Shown piece by piece: positions 49,566 to 58,838 of a stretch of 64,000 nucleotides of DNA. Below the pieces are notes generated by a model. The model saw only the letters and a program-made list of their open reading frames with translations. It ran no database searches and was not told the DNA's origin. This DNA comes from an uncultured Fibrobacteria bacterium (GTDB taxonomy: Bacteria; Fibrobacterota; Fibrobacteria; UBA11236): NCBI GenBank assembly GCA_963716395.1, contig OY970309.1:736001-800000 (forward strand), given 5' to 3'. Each line of letters starts with the position of its first letter. Position 1 is the stretch's first letter. A program made the translations under genes and the position numbers.

Positions 49566-50318
49566 TTATTGATCGAAGTTGTAGCGGCGCCGCACTTTTT
49601 GCCGAACCGGCGTTTTCTGAATCATCGCCGGTTGAAAACGGAGCGTGCGCAAGGTGGCGATGGCCGAGGCCGCGAACCCGTAACCTTGGGGATCCTCTTT
49701 GAGCACGGAAATCTGTTCCGCAAACCCGGCTTCGTTGACCACGAACAGCAAATCGACGTAGCCGGTGACGCCTTCGCGTTCGGCGCGCGGGGGGTATTTC
49801 GGCTGCGGGTCCGGCCCCACGATGCGGGCGTCTTCGTCGGTTTGGCCGGGTTCATACACCATGGCCCCGAGCCCCGCGCCCTGGCCCCCGCCCGTGCCCG
49901 ATCCCAACAGGCCGCTGCGATCGCCGCCCGACACCAATTCCAGGCCCGCACCACCCACCGGGCTCAAGTCGATTTTAAGTCCGCCGCCCGGCAGCGAGGG
50001 CCGGTTCCGGGTCAGATTGGGCGGCCGCACCGACGCCACCTTGATTTCCTGGATTTCACGCTTCACGCTTTTTTCGACCGGCGGTTCGGCCAACACCAGT
50101 TGCCGCTCCACCACCTGCGGCTTCTTCTCGGCGCGCAGGGCGCGCTGGCGCAGCAGGGCTTGCATGAAGGGCACGGCCAGAAACAAGGCCAGGTTCACGG
50201 CCAGTGAAAGCAGAAAGAGCAGGGGCAGGGCCAGGACGTCGGAATTCCGGGCCGGCGAGACCTTGGCTTCCGGGCCGCCGTCACTCTTTGAGGGTGGAGA
50301 TGGAAACGCTTTTGACAT
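49566..50318 (-). CDS. tonB: Energy transducer TonB
   Basis: N-terminal TM anchor; PKYPPRA..EGVTGYV.L.FVVNEAG; RFQPA. Confidence 0.9.
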   Translation of the reverse strand: MSKAFPSPPSKSDGGPEAKVSPARNSDVLALPLLFLLSLAVNLALFLAVPFMQALLRQRALRAEKKPQVVERQLVLAEPPVEKSVKREIQEIKVASVRPPNLTRNRPSLPGGGLKIDLSPVGGAGLELVSGGDRSGLLGSGTGGGQGAGLGAMVYEPGQTDEDARIVGPDPQPKYPPRAEREGVTGYVDLLFVVNEAGFAEQISVLKEDPQGYGFAASAIATLRTLRFQPAMIQKTPVRQKVRRRYNFDQ

Positions 50319-50697
50319 GGGCGAGATTGCAGGCGTCGAGCACGTCCACGGTTTTGGAGATGACGGCGTCGCGATCGGCCACGATGACCACGGCGCGATC
50401 CGGATCTTCGGAGACGTAATGCTTGAGCACGTCGACCAGCGCGGTGCGGCTCACCGGACTTTCGTTGATGTGGATGCCGCCGTCACGCGTGATGCCGATG
50501 AGCAGCGGCTGTTTGGGCAGGGTCTTCGAAGTCTTGGCCTTGGGCTTGGAGATGTCGATGCCGGTTTCCTGGGTGAAGCTGCTGGTCAACACGAAAAACA
50601 CCAGCAGAAAAAACAACATGTCGATCATGTTGATGAGGTTGATCTCCGCGGCGCGGCGCGGTTTGCGGCGGAGCCCGAATTCGTCGCCGTAATTCAT
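50281..50697 (-). CDS. exbD: Biopolymer transport protein ExbD
   Basis: EINLINMIDMLFFLLVFF, VVIVADRD, VDVLD. Confidence 0.93.
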   Translation of the reverse strand: MNYGDEFGLRRKPRRAAEINLINMIDMLFFLLVFFVLTSSFTQETGIDISKPKAKTSKTLPKQPLLIGITRDGGIHINESPVSRTALVDVLKHYVSEDPDRAVVIVADRDAVISKTVDVLDACNLAHVKSVSISTLKE

Positions 50698-51338
50698 GCG
50701 GACGCCTCGGACGAAAAGCGGCGGATCAGCACCGTGGCGCCGGCCACGCATTCGGCCTCGATGGCGTCGGCGCGGTTTTGCAGTTGATCGTGCAAAAGCA
50801 GCAGGGGAAAGGCCACCACCAGCCCGGCTTCGGTGACCATCAGGGCCTGGGCGATGCCGCCGGCCAGCATGGCGGGATTGCCCGCGCCGTACCGGGTGAT
50901 GGCGTGGAAAGTGGCCATGATGCCGTTCACGGTGCCGGTCAATCCCAGCAGCGGTGCGGCCGCAGCCAGCACGGCGATGCTGCCCAGATGGCGGTAGAGG
51001 CGGGTGCCGGCGCCCTGCAGCACCTCGCGCGTTTTGCGCACCATGGCCGCGCGCCCCTGGTCGCGCGTGGCCGCCAGGCCGGCCACCACTTCGGCGAACA
51101 GTCCCCGCAGCCGCGGATCGGAGAGGAGCTGCCGCTCCAGCGCGCCCGCTTCGGCTGCCGCTTCGGGCCCCTGTAACAAACGCGTTACTGCACAGCGCTG
51201 GCGCCGGAAATGCCACCAGCGTTCGAACACGAAGAACCAGCCGGCCTGGCCCACCAGGAAAATCGCCCCCATCACCCAACCGCCCTGGCGCAGGAGGTAG
51301 AGCACGTTTTCGGCCAGCGGAACGAGGCCCGAGACCAC
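50694..51338 (-). CDS. exbB: MotA/TolQ/ExbB proton channel protein
   Basis: GTG 51338 after GAGGGG; GGWVM, APLLGLTGTVNG, GIAQALMVTEAGL. Confidence 0.88.
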   Translation of the reverse strand: MVSGLVPLAENVLYLLRQGGWVMGAIFLVGQAGWFFVFERWWHFRRQRCAVTRLLQGPEAAAEAGALERQLLSDPRLRGLFAEVVAGLAATRDQGRAAMVRKTREVLQGAGTRLYRHLGSIAVLAAAAPLLGLTGTVNGIMATFHAITRYGAGNPAMLAGGIAQALMVTEAGLVVAFPLLLLHDQLQNRADAIEAECVAGATVLIRRFSSEASA

Positions 51339-51340
51339 GG

Positions 51341-52834
51341 TTATCCCCTCGGCCAGAGGGCGTTCAAGGCCTTCATGGCATGGAATTCGGCCGCGGCCAC
51401 GAGGTCGTCGACCCGGTTGGCGAGAAAATTGTGCCCCAGCAGGGTGGGAATGGCGATCAGCAGGCCGGTTTCGGTGGCGATTAGGGCTTCGCCGATGCCG
51501 CCCGCCAGCAGTTTGGGATCGTTGACGCCGTGCTGGGTGATGATTTGGAACATGGCGATCAGTCCCGACACTGTTCCCAAAAGGCCCAGCAGCGGGGCGG
51601 CGGCGGCCAGCACCGACAGCGTGGTGAGGTGGCGTTCCAGACGCGGCACTTCGTGCAGCATCAATTCGCGTACGGTTTTCTCGGCCTGATCGCGATCCAG
51701 AGTCGGCTTCAGCTCCGATACGGCGCCCAGTACGCGCAGCACCAGGCTGGCGGGTTTCTTGCCGCACAGTTCGCGCGCGCCCGACATGTCGCCCCGTTCG
51801 AGGCGGTTCAAGGCTTCGGCGCAGAGCGCGGTGCCGGCGCGGCTCCGCAAAAGTTGCAGTAGTTTCGTGAAGAACAAGCCGATCACGACGAAGGGGATGA
51901 GCAGCAACGGCCACATGAAGAAACCGCCGGTTTTGACCGCGGTCCAAAGACGCACCACGAAATTCTGTTGGGTCTCATGGGTGTAGGTCTTGACCGAATT
52001 TTGGGTCAGCAGCACGTCCACCGGCAACAGCACCGGTTTGCCCGGATCCCGCTCCAGCGATTGCATGGCGTCGGCCAAAACCTGCGAAGTCTGGGGCGGC
52101 AGATCTTCGCGCCAGTCGAAAGGCGTAAGCGCGGTATTGGGCGGATTGCGGAGCAGTAAGCCCACCTGTCCCGATTTATCATCGCGGTAGGCTTCGGTGA
52201 TGGTGCCAAGCCGCAGGAGCAACCCTTGGCCCGGAGTTCGGTTGGCGCGGGTGAAGCCCCGCTTTTCCAGCGTGATGGCGCGGGTCAGGGCCAGTTCCGA
52301 CCGTTCGAAATCCATCAGATCCGCCAGGATTTCTCCCGGTGCTTCGCGTTTGGTGTCGGCGCTTTGCAGCACCTGGTTCAAAGCCTGGATGCGCTCGGGA
52401 ATGCGGGCGGGAAATGACTGCTCCAAGGTGCCCGAAAGCTCGCGCGCCTTATCGTGCAGGGTCGACGCCAGCGAAAAAAATTGCACGCGCGCAGCCTCGT
52501 CCTGGGCTTCGGCCTCTTCGGCGTCTTGCAGCAGGTTCTGGATATCGGCGTGCAATTGATCGGCCGCCTGCATCTTCAGTTCCAGCTTCGACTTGAGATC
52601 GTCGTAATCCTGATTGAAGCGTTCGTGCGCCTCGACGTCAAGCTCTTTGTCTTGCCAGCGCTTGGCGATGACCTGATCGCGCGTTTGCTTAGCTTCGTCG
52701 AGCTCGGCCTTGAGCCCGGCGATTTTGTCGCTTTGATCGTTGACCGTGGCCACCTGTGCGCGCACAAGGCTCGGCAGGCCCGCGGCCAGCACCGCAATCC
52801 ACATTCCGGCGGCGGGAACTCCGAGGTGCTTCAT
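51341..52834 (-). CDS. TtpC-like extended ExbB family protein
   Basis: Signal peptide, coiled-coil periplasmic region, C-terminal APLLGLLGTVSG and GIGEALIATETGL. Confidence 0.88.
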   Translation of the reverse strand: MKHLGVPAAGMWIAVLAAGLPSLVRAQVATVNDQSDKIAGLKAELDEAKQTRDQVIAKRWQDKELDVEAHERFNQDYDDLKSKLELKMQAADQLHADIQNLLQDAEEAEAQDEAARVQFFSLASTLHDKARELSGTLEQSFPARIPERIQALNQVLQSADTKREAPGEILADLMDFERSELALTRAITLEKRGFTRANRTPGQGLLLRLGTITEAYRDDKSGQVGLLLRNPPNTALTPFDWREDLPPQTSQVLADAMQSLERDPGKPVLLPVDVLLTQNSVKTYTHETQQNFVVRLWTAVKTGGFFMWPLLLIPFVVIGLFFTKLLQLLRSRAGTALCAEALNRLERGDMSGARELCGKKPASLVLRVLGAVSELKPTLDRDQAEKTVRELMLHEVPRLERHLTTLSVLAAAAPLLGLLGTVSGLIAMFQIITQHGVNDPKLLAGGIGEALIATETGLLIAIPTLLGHNFLANRVDDLVAAAEFHAMKALNALWPRG

Positions 52835-53643
52835 GGCCGCACCGCCGCGCTTGCGGGAACCTCAACCGGCATCGGCACCAATTGGGGAGACACCTTGTTT
52901 TCAGCCACCTGAATGGCGGTCTGAATCCCGGTCTTGTCGTCTTCATTCAAACTATGGTCGCGCCAGACATAACCCGAATCGGATTTGGCCAGATAGGCCA
53001 GCTCTTTGCCGTCGCTCGACGCAAAGGCCAGCAGTACCGCACCCAGGCGCACATAGGTGCCCTCCCAATGTCCGCCGTCGGTGGCGGTGTACACGCCCGG
53101 GTACACTTCGGTGTCCTGTCCGAAATCGAGCGAGGCCTGCACCAGCGAAAACAGCCGCGCCAGGGTTTCGTCGACGGGGAGCGACTCTTCCTGATTGGCC
53201 TTGGCCAACTCCTGCCAGTCGGAAAGCCGCTTTTCCTTTTGATAGGGAAAGTCGCGGTTCAGCCACACCATCATGGTGTCGATCTCTTGGCCGATGGCCG
53301 CCCGGAATTGCTTCTGCTTGGCCTGAAAAGAGGCGGCCTGGCTCTTGTATCCCGCCGCGCGCCGTCGCTGCACCGCGGCTTCGCGTTTCAAGCTGTCGAT
53401 GCTGGCATCGGTGAGCTGCATTTGCTGCTTGAGCGCATCCATCCTTTCGGTTTTCCGCTTCTGGAATTCTGCGGCGCGGGCCAATTCGTCTTTGTGCATC
53501 TGCTGTTCGCGCTGGGTTTCGCGTTCGACCCGATCCAAATCGCGCTGCAGCGAACTCAGGGTTTCCTGCGCCCACGTTGCGCCCGCCAACCCCAGCACCA
53601 GCCAAAACCGCGCTGCGCTGGGAAATAACCGAAACCTGCCCAT
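52831..53643 (-). CDS. DUF3450 (TtpB-like) periplasmic coiled-coil protein
   Basis: Signal peptide, coiled coil, DFPY...R, YVRLG; first gene of the TonB operon. Start could alternatively be 53691. Confidence 0.75.
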   Translation of the reverse strand: MGRFRLFPSAARFWLVLGLAGATWAQETLSSLQRDLDRVERETQREQQMHKDELARAAEFQKRKTERMDALKQQMQLTDASIDSLKREAAVQRRRAAGYKSQAASFQAKQKQFRAAIGQEIDTMMVWLNRDFPYQKEKRLSDWQELAKANQEESLPVDETLARLFSLVQASLDFGQDTEVYPGVYTATDGGHWEGTYVRLGAVLLAFASSDGKELAYLAKSDSGYVWRDHSLNEDDKTGIQTAIQVAENKVSPQLVPMPVEVPASAAVRP

Positions 53644-53735
53644 CGTTCGGAAGCCCCTTTGAAAATGAAAACGAAAATTCTTCGGAACCAATAACTTACA
53701 AAGGGCGTGCGGACCGCCTGAACCCTGCTTAACCC

Positions 53736-54071
53736 TTAATCGACTTGAACTTTAAATAGGGTTTGGCCGATGGTAAAACTGTCGCCGGCATTCAGAATGG
53801 CACTGGGCACGCGCTGAGAATTGACCATAATGCCGTTGGTCGATCCCAAATCCATCAGGGTCATGGTGCCGTCGCTGACCAAATCCACCGAGGCATGCGT
53901 GCGCGATATATGCGGATCGCCGATAAAAACGTCGCACATGGGATCGCGCCCGATGAAATTGATGCCCGACTTCAGCGGAAAGCGCTGCCCGTTCGCCACC
54001 AGATAGGGCATGTGACTGGTAGCGCCGGCGGGGGGAGGCAACCGTTCGGAGATTTTCCCAGAAGTTTGCAT
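53736..54071 (-). CDS. FHA domain protein
   Basis: IGRD, ISRTHA and DLGSTNG phospho-Thr binding motifs. Start could alternatively be 54011. Confidence 0.9.
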   Translation of the reverse strand: MQTSGKISERLPPPAGATSHMPYLVANGQRFPLKSGINFIGRDPMCDVFIGDPHISRTHASVDLVSDGTMTLMDLGSTNGIMVNSQRVPSAILNAGDSFTIGQTLFKVQVD

Positions 54072-54094
54072 TGCGGGCCTTTTCCGCCTCGGAC

Positions 54095-54123
54095 TCGACA
54101 TCCGACTGCGATAAAAATACAAT
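54095..54123 (+). promoter_or_regulatory. sigma70 promoter for the response regulator
   Basis: TCGACA-N17-TACAAT; additional TATAAT at 54130. Confidence 0.5.
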
Positions 54124-54167
54124 AAGCCTTATAATACCCCCTGACCGCGTTTCTTGCGACTGCCTCC

Positions 54168-55358
54168 ATGGCCGAACCTGAAAAACCGACTTTGCTTCTG
54201 GTGGAAGATTCCCGCGCGCTTTCCGGAATCATCGAAAAAAAACTCCAATCTTCGTATCAGGTGCAATGCGCCTATAACGGCGAAGACGCCATTCGCCTGC
54301 TCAAAAGCGGCGTGAATTACACGGCGGCCGTAATCGATCTGGTTCTTCCCAAGGCCGACGGCTTCGAAGTGATGCGCGTGCTGCGCGGCCTGGGGCAAAA
54401 AATCCCCATGGTGGTCATCACGGCGCGTCCGCGCCACGCCGTGGAAAAAGACGCAATGGCTCTGGGCGCCCTGGAGTTGTTCATCAAACCGCTCGACCTC
54501 GCGGTTTTGGAAAAGGTGTTGAATGACGCGGTGGCACAGCAGCGGCGCCTCAACGCGGGCGACGCCATGATCAATCCGGCCACGGGCAAGAAACTCCCCT
54601 TTCGGGCCGCCACCAAATGCTGTTACATCTGCGGCTACGAAAAGGTGCATGTCTTCCTTCCCATCCGCGAAGGGTTTTCCGAGGATTGGAGCCATGGCGC
54701 TTATCCCGTATACAAAGCCAAAGGCGGATATGACGCTTGGGATTTTCTCAAGTCGCACGTGATGGTCTGCCCCTATTGTTTTTTCGCCTCCGGCGATCCC
54801 GAAGACTTTGCGCCGGCGCCCGACGCGCCTTACCCGTACTCCGAAGAATCCAAGAAAATCCTGGCGCGCTCCATCACGGTACGCAAACGCCTGGTGCCCG
54901 AAGCCAAAGACGTGGACATGCGCTTCGACTCGCCTTTTCGCAAAAAAGATCGGGTCATGCAATCGCTGCTCCTGGCTAACAAATGCTGCAACGGGCTGAT
55001 TCTGGCGGGCAAAAAGGGATCCTATGGACAAGCGGGCATCTACTGCGCCTTGCTGGGAACCTTGATGCACCCCGACGGCGAGAACTATTACCGCGAAGCC
55101 TTTACCAGCTTCGAAAACCAGCTCAAGATCAAAGACAATTCGCGCCTGATCCGCATCAAGAACTATTACTTCTGCGTGGTGCTCAACATGCTCCTTTCCC
55201 GCACCGCCCTAGGGCGTCCCATCATGCAGGAAGTGGAAAACATGTACCAGGACAAGCGCCTCGAAGACCTGCAAGAGGAAGAGCGCGAGTGGCTGATGCG
55301 CATCACCCATGCCTGGAAGAACGGCATCGACTACACCAATCCCCGCGACATCACCTGA
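54168..55358 (+). CDS. Response regulator: receiver domain fused to a DUF2225-like Zn-ribbon/TPR-like domain
   Basis: LLVEDS, IDLVLP..DG, ITA and KP receiver motifs; CYIC and VMVCPYCFFAS. Confidence 0.82.
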   Translation: MAEPEKPTLLLVEDSRALSGIIEKKLQSSYQVQCAYNGEDAIRLLKSGVNYTAAVIDLVLPKADGFEVMRVLRGLGQKIPMVVITARPRHAVEKDAMALGALELFIKPLDLAVLEKVLNDAVAQQRRLNAGDAMINPATGKKLPFRAATKCCYICGYEKVHVFLPIREGFSEDWSHGAYPVYKAKGGYDAWDFLKSHVMVCPYCFFASGDPEDFAPAPDAPYPYSEESKKILARSITVRKRLVPEAKDVDMRFDSPFRKKDRVMQSLLLANKCCNGLILAGKKGSYGQAGIYCALLGTLMHPDGENYYREAFTSFENQLKIKDNSRLIRIKNYYFCVVLNMLLSRTALGRPIMQEVENMYQDKRLEDLQEEEREWLMRITHAWKNGIDYTNPRDIT

Positions 55359-55380
55359 AGGCGCCGGCGCCCCGGTCTCC

Positions 55381-56406
55381 ATGACCCCGACGGCGTGTAT
55401 CGTGGTGGCAGCGGGCGCCGAACTGGGCGGGGCCGAACGCAGTTTGCTCGAACTTTTGCCCGCCGGTGCCGCCTTGTTCCTGGTGCCGCGGGCCGGCGGC
55501 TTGTCGGAAGCCGTCGCCGCGCGGGGGCAGGCCTGGGAACTGTTCCCGCAACCTTCCGCATTGCGGGGCTGGACGCAGCGCGGGGGAATGCGACGCCGCG
55601 GGCCGGCACTGGCGCTCTGGCTTCTCACTTGGCCCGGCGACTGCCGGCGTCTGTGGCGCAGGCTGCGCGGCGCTTCCGAAGTGATCAGCCTGGGCGTCAA
55701 AAGCCATGCACGCTGCTTGCCCTTGGCGCCGCTGCTGCGCCGGCGCCTTGTGTTCGACGTGCGCGATTTCATCCGGCCGCGCGTTCTGCGCCGCGCCATC
55801 GCCGGGGCGGCCCGGGTTTGCGGCTGCCGCGTGCGCGCCAACAGCCGCGCCGTGGCGCGCGACTATCCCGGCGCCGAAGTGGTGTATCCGCGGGTGCTTT
55901 TGCCGCGATCCGTGGTGCCGAACCGTCGCGCCGGGCCTCCCTGGATTGTGGCGCATGCGGCGTACTTCGCCCCCTACAAAGGGCAGGATGTGTTTCTCGA
56001 TCTGGCCGCCGCCTGGCTGGCGCGCGGCGTCGACGCCGAATTTCGCATCTACGGCGAGGTGATTTATCCGGCCCCGGAATACGCGCGTTACGCCGAAGCA
56101 TTGCGCGCCCGCGCGGCGCGCGCAGACTTGCGGGGGCGCGTAAGGTTTTTCGGCGCGTGGCCGGACCTGCAACCGGCGCTGGAAGCAGCGCATCTGCTCT
56201 TGCATTGCACGCGCGAACCCGAGCCCTTCGGCCGGGTCGTGGCCGAGGCCCTGCAATGCGGCTGCGAAGCGGTGTGCCGGCGCGGCAGCGGGGTGTGCGA
56301 AGTGCACGAGGTCACCCGCGTGTTTCCCGGATGGATGGCGCCGCTGGCCGCCCTTCTGCCGGAAGATTACGTGCGGGTTACGGCACGGTCCAATCTTCCA
56401 GCTTAA
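55381..56406 (+). CDS. Glycosyltransferase family 4
   Basis: LGGAERS, PYKGQDVF, EPFGRVVAEALQCG. Confidence 0.85.
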   Translation: MTPTACIVVAAGAELGGAERSLLELLPAGAALFLVPRAGGLSEAVAARGQAWELFPQPSALRGWTQRGGMRRRGPALALWLLTWPGDCRRLWRRLRGASEVISLGVKSHARCLPLAPLLRRRLVFDVRDFIRPRVLRRAIAGAARVCGCRVRANSRAVARDYPGAEVVYPRVLLPRSVVPNRRAGPPWIVAHAAYFAPYKGQDVFLDLAAAWLARGVDAEFRIYGEVIYPAPEYARYAEALRARAARADLRGRVRFFGAWPDLQPALEAAHLLLHCTREPEPFGRVVAEALQCGCEAVCRRGSGVCEVHEVTRVFPGWMAPLAALLPEDYVRVTARSNLPA

Positions 56407-56485
56407 GTCCGCGTACCCGCGAGAATTCCCGGCGGTTGTGGGTCACCAGCGGCACCGCAAGCGCCAGGGCATGGGCCGCGATCAA
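56378..56485 (-). pseudogene. vapC: C-terminal relic of a VapC (PIN-domain) toxin
   Basis: Manual translation LIAAHALALAVPLVTHNRREFSRVRGLKLEDWTVP*. The frame is closed by TGA three codons upstream, so the 5' ~70% is missing. Confidence 0.85.
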
Positions 56486-56534
56486 TCCAACTCACGGTGA
56501 GACCCTTTGAAAATTTGCGCCCCGGGTGAGTAGC

Positions 56535-56555
56535 GGCCTGAGCCTGTCGAAGGCC
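56535..56555. repeat. REP-like short palindrome
   Basis: GGCCTGAGCCTGTCGAAGGCC resembles the widespread CCTGAGC(C/T)TGTCGAAGG extragenic repeat. Single copy here. Confidence 0.45.
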
Positions 56556-56564
56556 GAGTGTTGA

Positions 56565-57761
56565 TCAGGCGCGGAAAAACGCCTTCTTGGTCAGCTTGGG
56601 ATTGCGCGCCGCCAACAGGCCCAGTTGCGCGAACCCCAGGGCGCGGGCCGGCAGCGTAAAGCCCCGGTTCACCATGCCGCGGAAAATGCCGTAGAACGCG
56701 GTCTGATGCGCGGGCGGCAGGCCCAGCACGAAATCGCGTATGCGCGCTTCTTTGCGGTGATTGCGCCCGAAACGATCCCAGCATTCCTGTTGGTATTGCC
56801 GCAAAAACGCCGGGGAAAGATCGCCCGCTTTGAAACCGGCGTCGATCCAACGCGCGGCGGTGTCGGCGGCCACGATCGAAGCCATGATGCCGCCGCCCGT
56901 CAGCGGATTGGTGTGATGCGCCGCGTCGCCCGACAGCAGAAAGCGATCGGCCACATAGTCTGTTAGGTTGCCGCTTACGGGCACGCAGCCGCCGTGCACT
57001 TCTTCCACCACCGCGTCGGGGAACAATTTGTTTTTGTACTCCAGGGAAAGGTCGTACATGTTTTTCGCCCCCAGCTTGGGCATGAGCTCGCCCGAGCCCA
57101 GATTCACGACCTTGGATTTGACCTTGGGAAACACCCAGATATAGCCCCGGTTGATGCTGTCGTAGCCCTGCCAAAAGGTGAGGTGGTGGGGATTCGCGTC
57201 TTCGGCTTTGATCCGCAACTCGATGGCCGTGCAGGTGTATGGCGGAAGTTGCCGGGTTTTCAGCCCGACCCAGCGGCCGCTCAGGGCTTCGGCGCCGTCG
57301 GCGCCCACCACCATGGCCGCCTCGACGGCATGGGATTGGCCGCCATATTCGATGGTGACACTGCGCGCGCCGTTCTGCGCCGGCCCGACGGCGCTGATGC
57401 GCGCGTCGACGCACAGTTCGGCGCCTTCGCGTTCGGCCTGATGCGCCAAATCCTGATCGAAGAGTTTGCGATCGAGCATCACACCGAGTTCTTTGTTCGC
57501 GTCATAGCGAATGTCGATGCCGCCCGGGCCGTGCAGAATGACGCCCGTGATACTGGTCTCCAGATAATCCGGATTCACCGGCATGAAATCGGCCAGCCGC
57601 TTTTGCGGGCCGGTGGCTTCGCCGCAGCGCACGGGCACGCCCACCACCGGCCGCTTTTCGCACAACAGCACGTGGTAGCCGCGCCGCGCCAGGTTGCGGG
57701 CGCAAATGCTGCCCGACGGACCGGCACCGATTACAACGACGTCATAGCGGGAGTTTTTCAA
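56565..57761 (-). CDS. Geranylgeranyl reductase family FAD-dependent oxidoreductase
   Basis: YDVVVIGAGPSG, PVRCGE, GADG, GYIWVFPK, GDAAHHTNPLTGGGI. TTG start inferred. Confidence 0.9.
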   Translation of the reverse strand: MKNSRYDVVVIGAGPSGSICARNLARRGYHVLLCEKRPVVGVPVRCGEATGPQKRLADFMPVNPDYLETSITGVILHGPGGIDIRYDANKELGVMLDRKLFDQDLAHQAEREGAELCVDARISAVGPAQNGARSVTIEYGGQSHAVEAAMVVGADGAEALSGRWVGLKTRQLPPYTCTAIELRIKAEDANPHHLTFWQGYDSINRGYIWVFPKVKSKVVNLGSGELMPKLGAKNMYDLSLEYKNKLFPDAVVEEVHGGCVPVSGNLTDYVADRFLLSGDAAHHTNPLTGGGIMASIVAADTAARWIDAGFKAGDLSPAFLRQYQQECWDRFGRNHRKEARIRDFVLGLPPAHQTAFYGIFRGMVNRGFTLPARALGFAQLGLLAARNPKLTKKAFFRA

Positions 57762-57975
57762 TGGCCAGGGCTCCCACCGGGCAGAAACGCACGCACAGCG
57801 TGCAATAGGTGCAATGTTCCTGGAACACCTGCAAATCCACCCCGTACATGTCCAGGGCCAAATCCGGGCAGGTGCCCACGCAGCCCGCGCAGGCAATGCA
57901 TTTCTGCCGATCGAGCAGCAGCACCTTGTTCGGTTTTTTGCGGGGGCGGGCCACCGGATGCGCGGGCGAAGTCAT
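57742..57975 (-). CDS. 2[4Fe-4S] ferredoxin
   Basis: CIACAGCVGTCP and CTYCTLCVRFCP. Confidence 0.92.
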   Translation of the reverse strand: MTSPAHPVARPRKKPNKVLLLDRQKCIACAGCVGTCPDLALDMYGVDLQVFQEHCTYCTLCVRFCPVGALAIEKLPL

Positions 57976-58260
57976 GCGTCCAGCGCCCGGCGCACATTCG
58001 CGGGCAAGGCTCCATCCAACTCGGGATGGGTTTCCACCAGCCGCGAAATATCCATGTCCGCCTTGCCCTTGGCGACCGCTTGGAGAAAGGATTTTTCCGC
58101 CATCGTATGAGTTTCCAGATCTGTTGACCGTGGGCGCAAAGTTATAAATTCACCTCCCCGGGTTTGCGCCCCACAATGCGATACTTCAGCGGCTGTTCAG
58201 CGGGCGCTCCCTGTGACCCGCAGCACATAAACCTTCGTTTCGAGGGGCCATGTTTTTCCC

Positions 58261-58521
58261 ATGACCGCGAAACCTATTCGGTTTTCCAAACACGCCCTGG
58301 GTTATAAGGTTCGCCGAGGCTTCACCGTGGCCGAGGTCGAAGAAGCTATCCGCACTTGTCCGTGGGGCCATGCGGAACTTGGGCGCCTGGATTGCCGAAA
58401 GAATTTTCCCTACAAATCAAACTGGAATGACAGACTCTATGCCACCAAACAGGTGCGCCCCGTATTCGTCGAAGAGGCCGGGGAGATCGTGGTGGTCACC
58501 GTTTATACCTACTACTTTTGA
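58261..58521 (+). CDS. DUF4258 family putative toxin
   Basis: IRFSKHA...RG...EVEEAI and EIVVVTVY; directly upstream of DUF2283. Confidence 0.8.
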   Translation: MTAKPIRFSKHALGYKVRRGFTVAEVEEAIRTCPWGHAELGRLDCRKNFPYKSNWNDRLYATKQVRPVFVEEAGEIVVVTVYTYYF

Positions 58522-58527
58522 GGTGGC

Positions 58528-58785
58528 ATGAAAATCAGCTATGACGCCGAAGCGGATGCATTAAGCATCATATTCAGCGAAACCACGGTTACCACCAAAC
58601 ATCTGGCCGATGGCATCGCAGCGGATTACGACGGCGCGGGTCGATTGGCCGGATTGGAAATCTTGGACGCGCAAAAACGATTCGGCGGGCGGGAAACCAT
58701 GCAGCAAGTGGTGCTGGAAGGTTTTGCTTCCGTGGGATTGCCGCTGACCGTCAGGGAAAATCCCCCGGAAAAGTACGGGGCGTAG
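58528..58785 (+). CDS. DUF2283 family putative antitoxin
   Basis: MKISYDAEADALSI...DYDGAGRLAGLEILDA. Confidence 0.88.
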   Translation: MKISYDAEADALSIIFSETTVTTKHLADGIAADYDGAGRLAGLEILDAQKRFGGRETMQQVVLEGFASVGLPLTVRENPPEKYGA

Positions 58786-58838
58786 CGCTCCGGCCTCAAT
58801 CCACCATACCTGGGGCGAAGTAGATTTACTCCCCGCCC

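Noticed and set aside
57972-58140. Minus-strand frame IWKLIRWRKNPF...RRALDA* ending in an ATGA overlap with the ferredoxin
   Set aside because: No convincing start before the upstream stop. It may be a small gene or relic but cannot be supported.
56505-58175. Recurring TTTGCGCCCC / GGGCGCAAA words flanking GGR-ferredoxin as possible element ends
   Set aside because: About 17/22 identity, GC-rich and short, with no target duplication seen.
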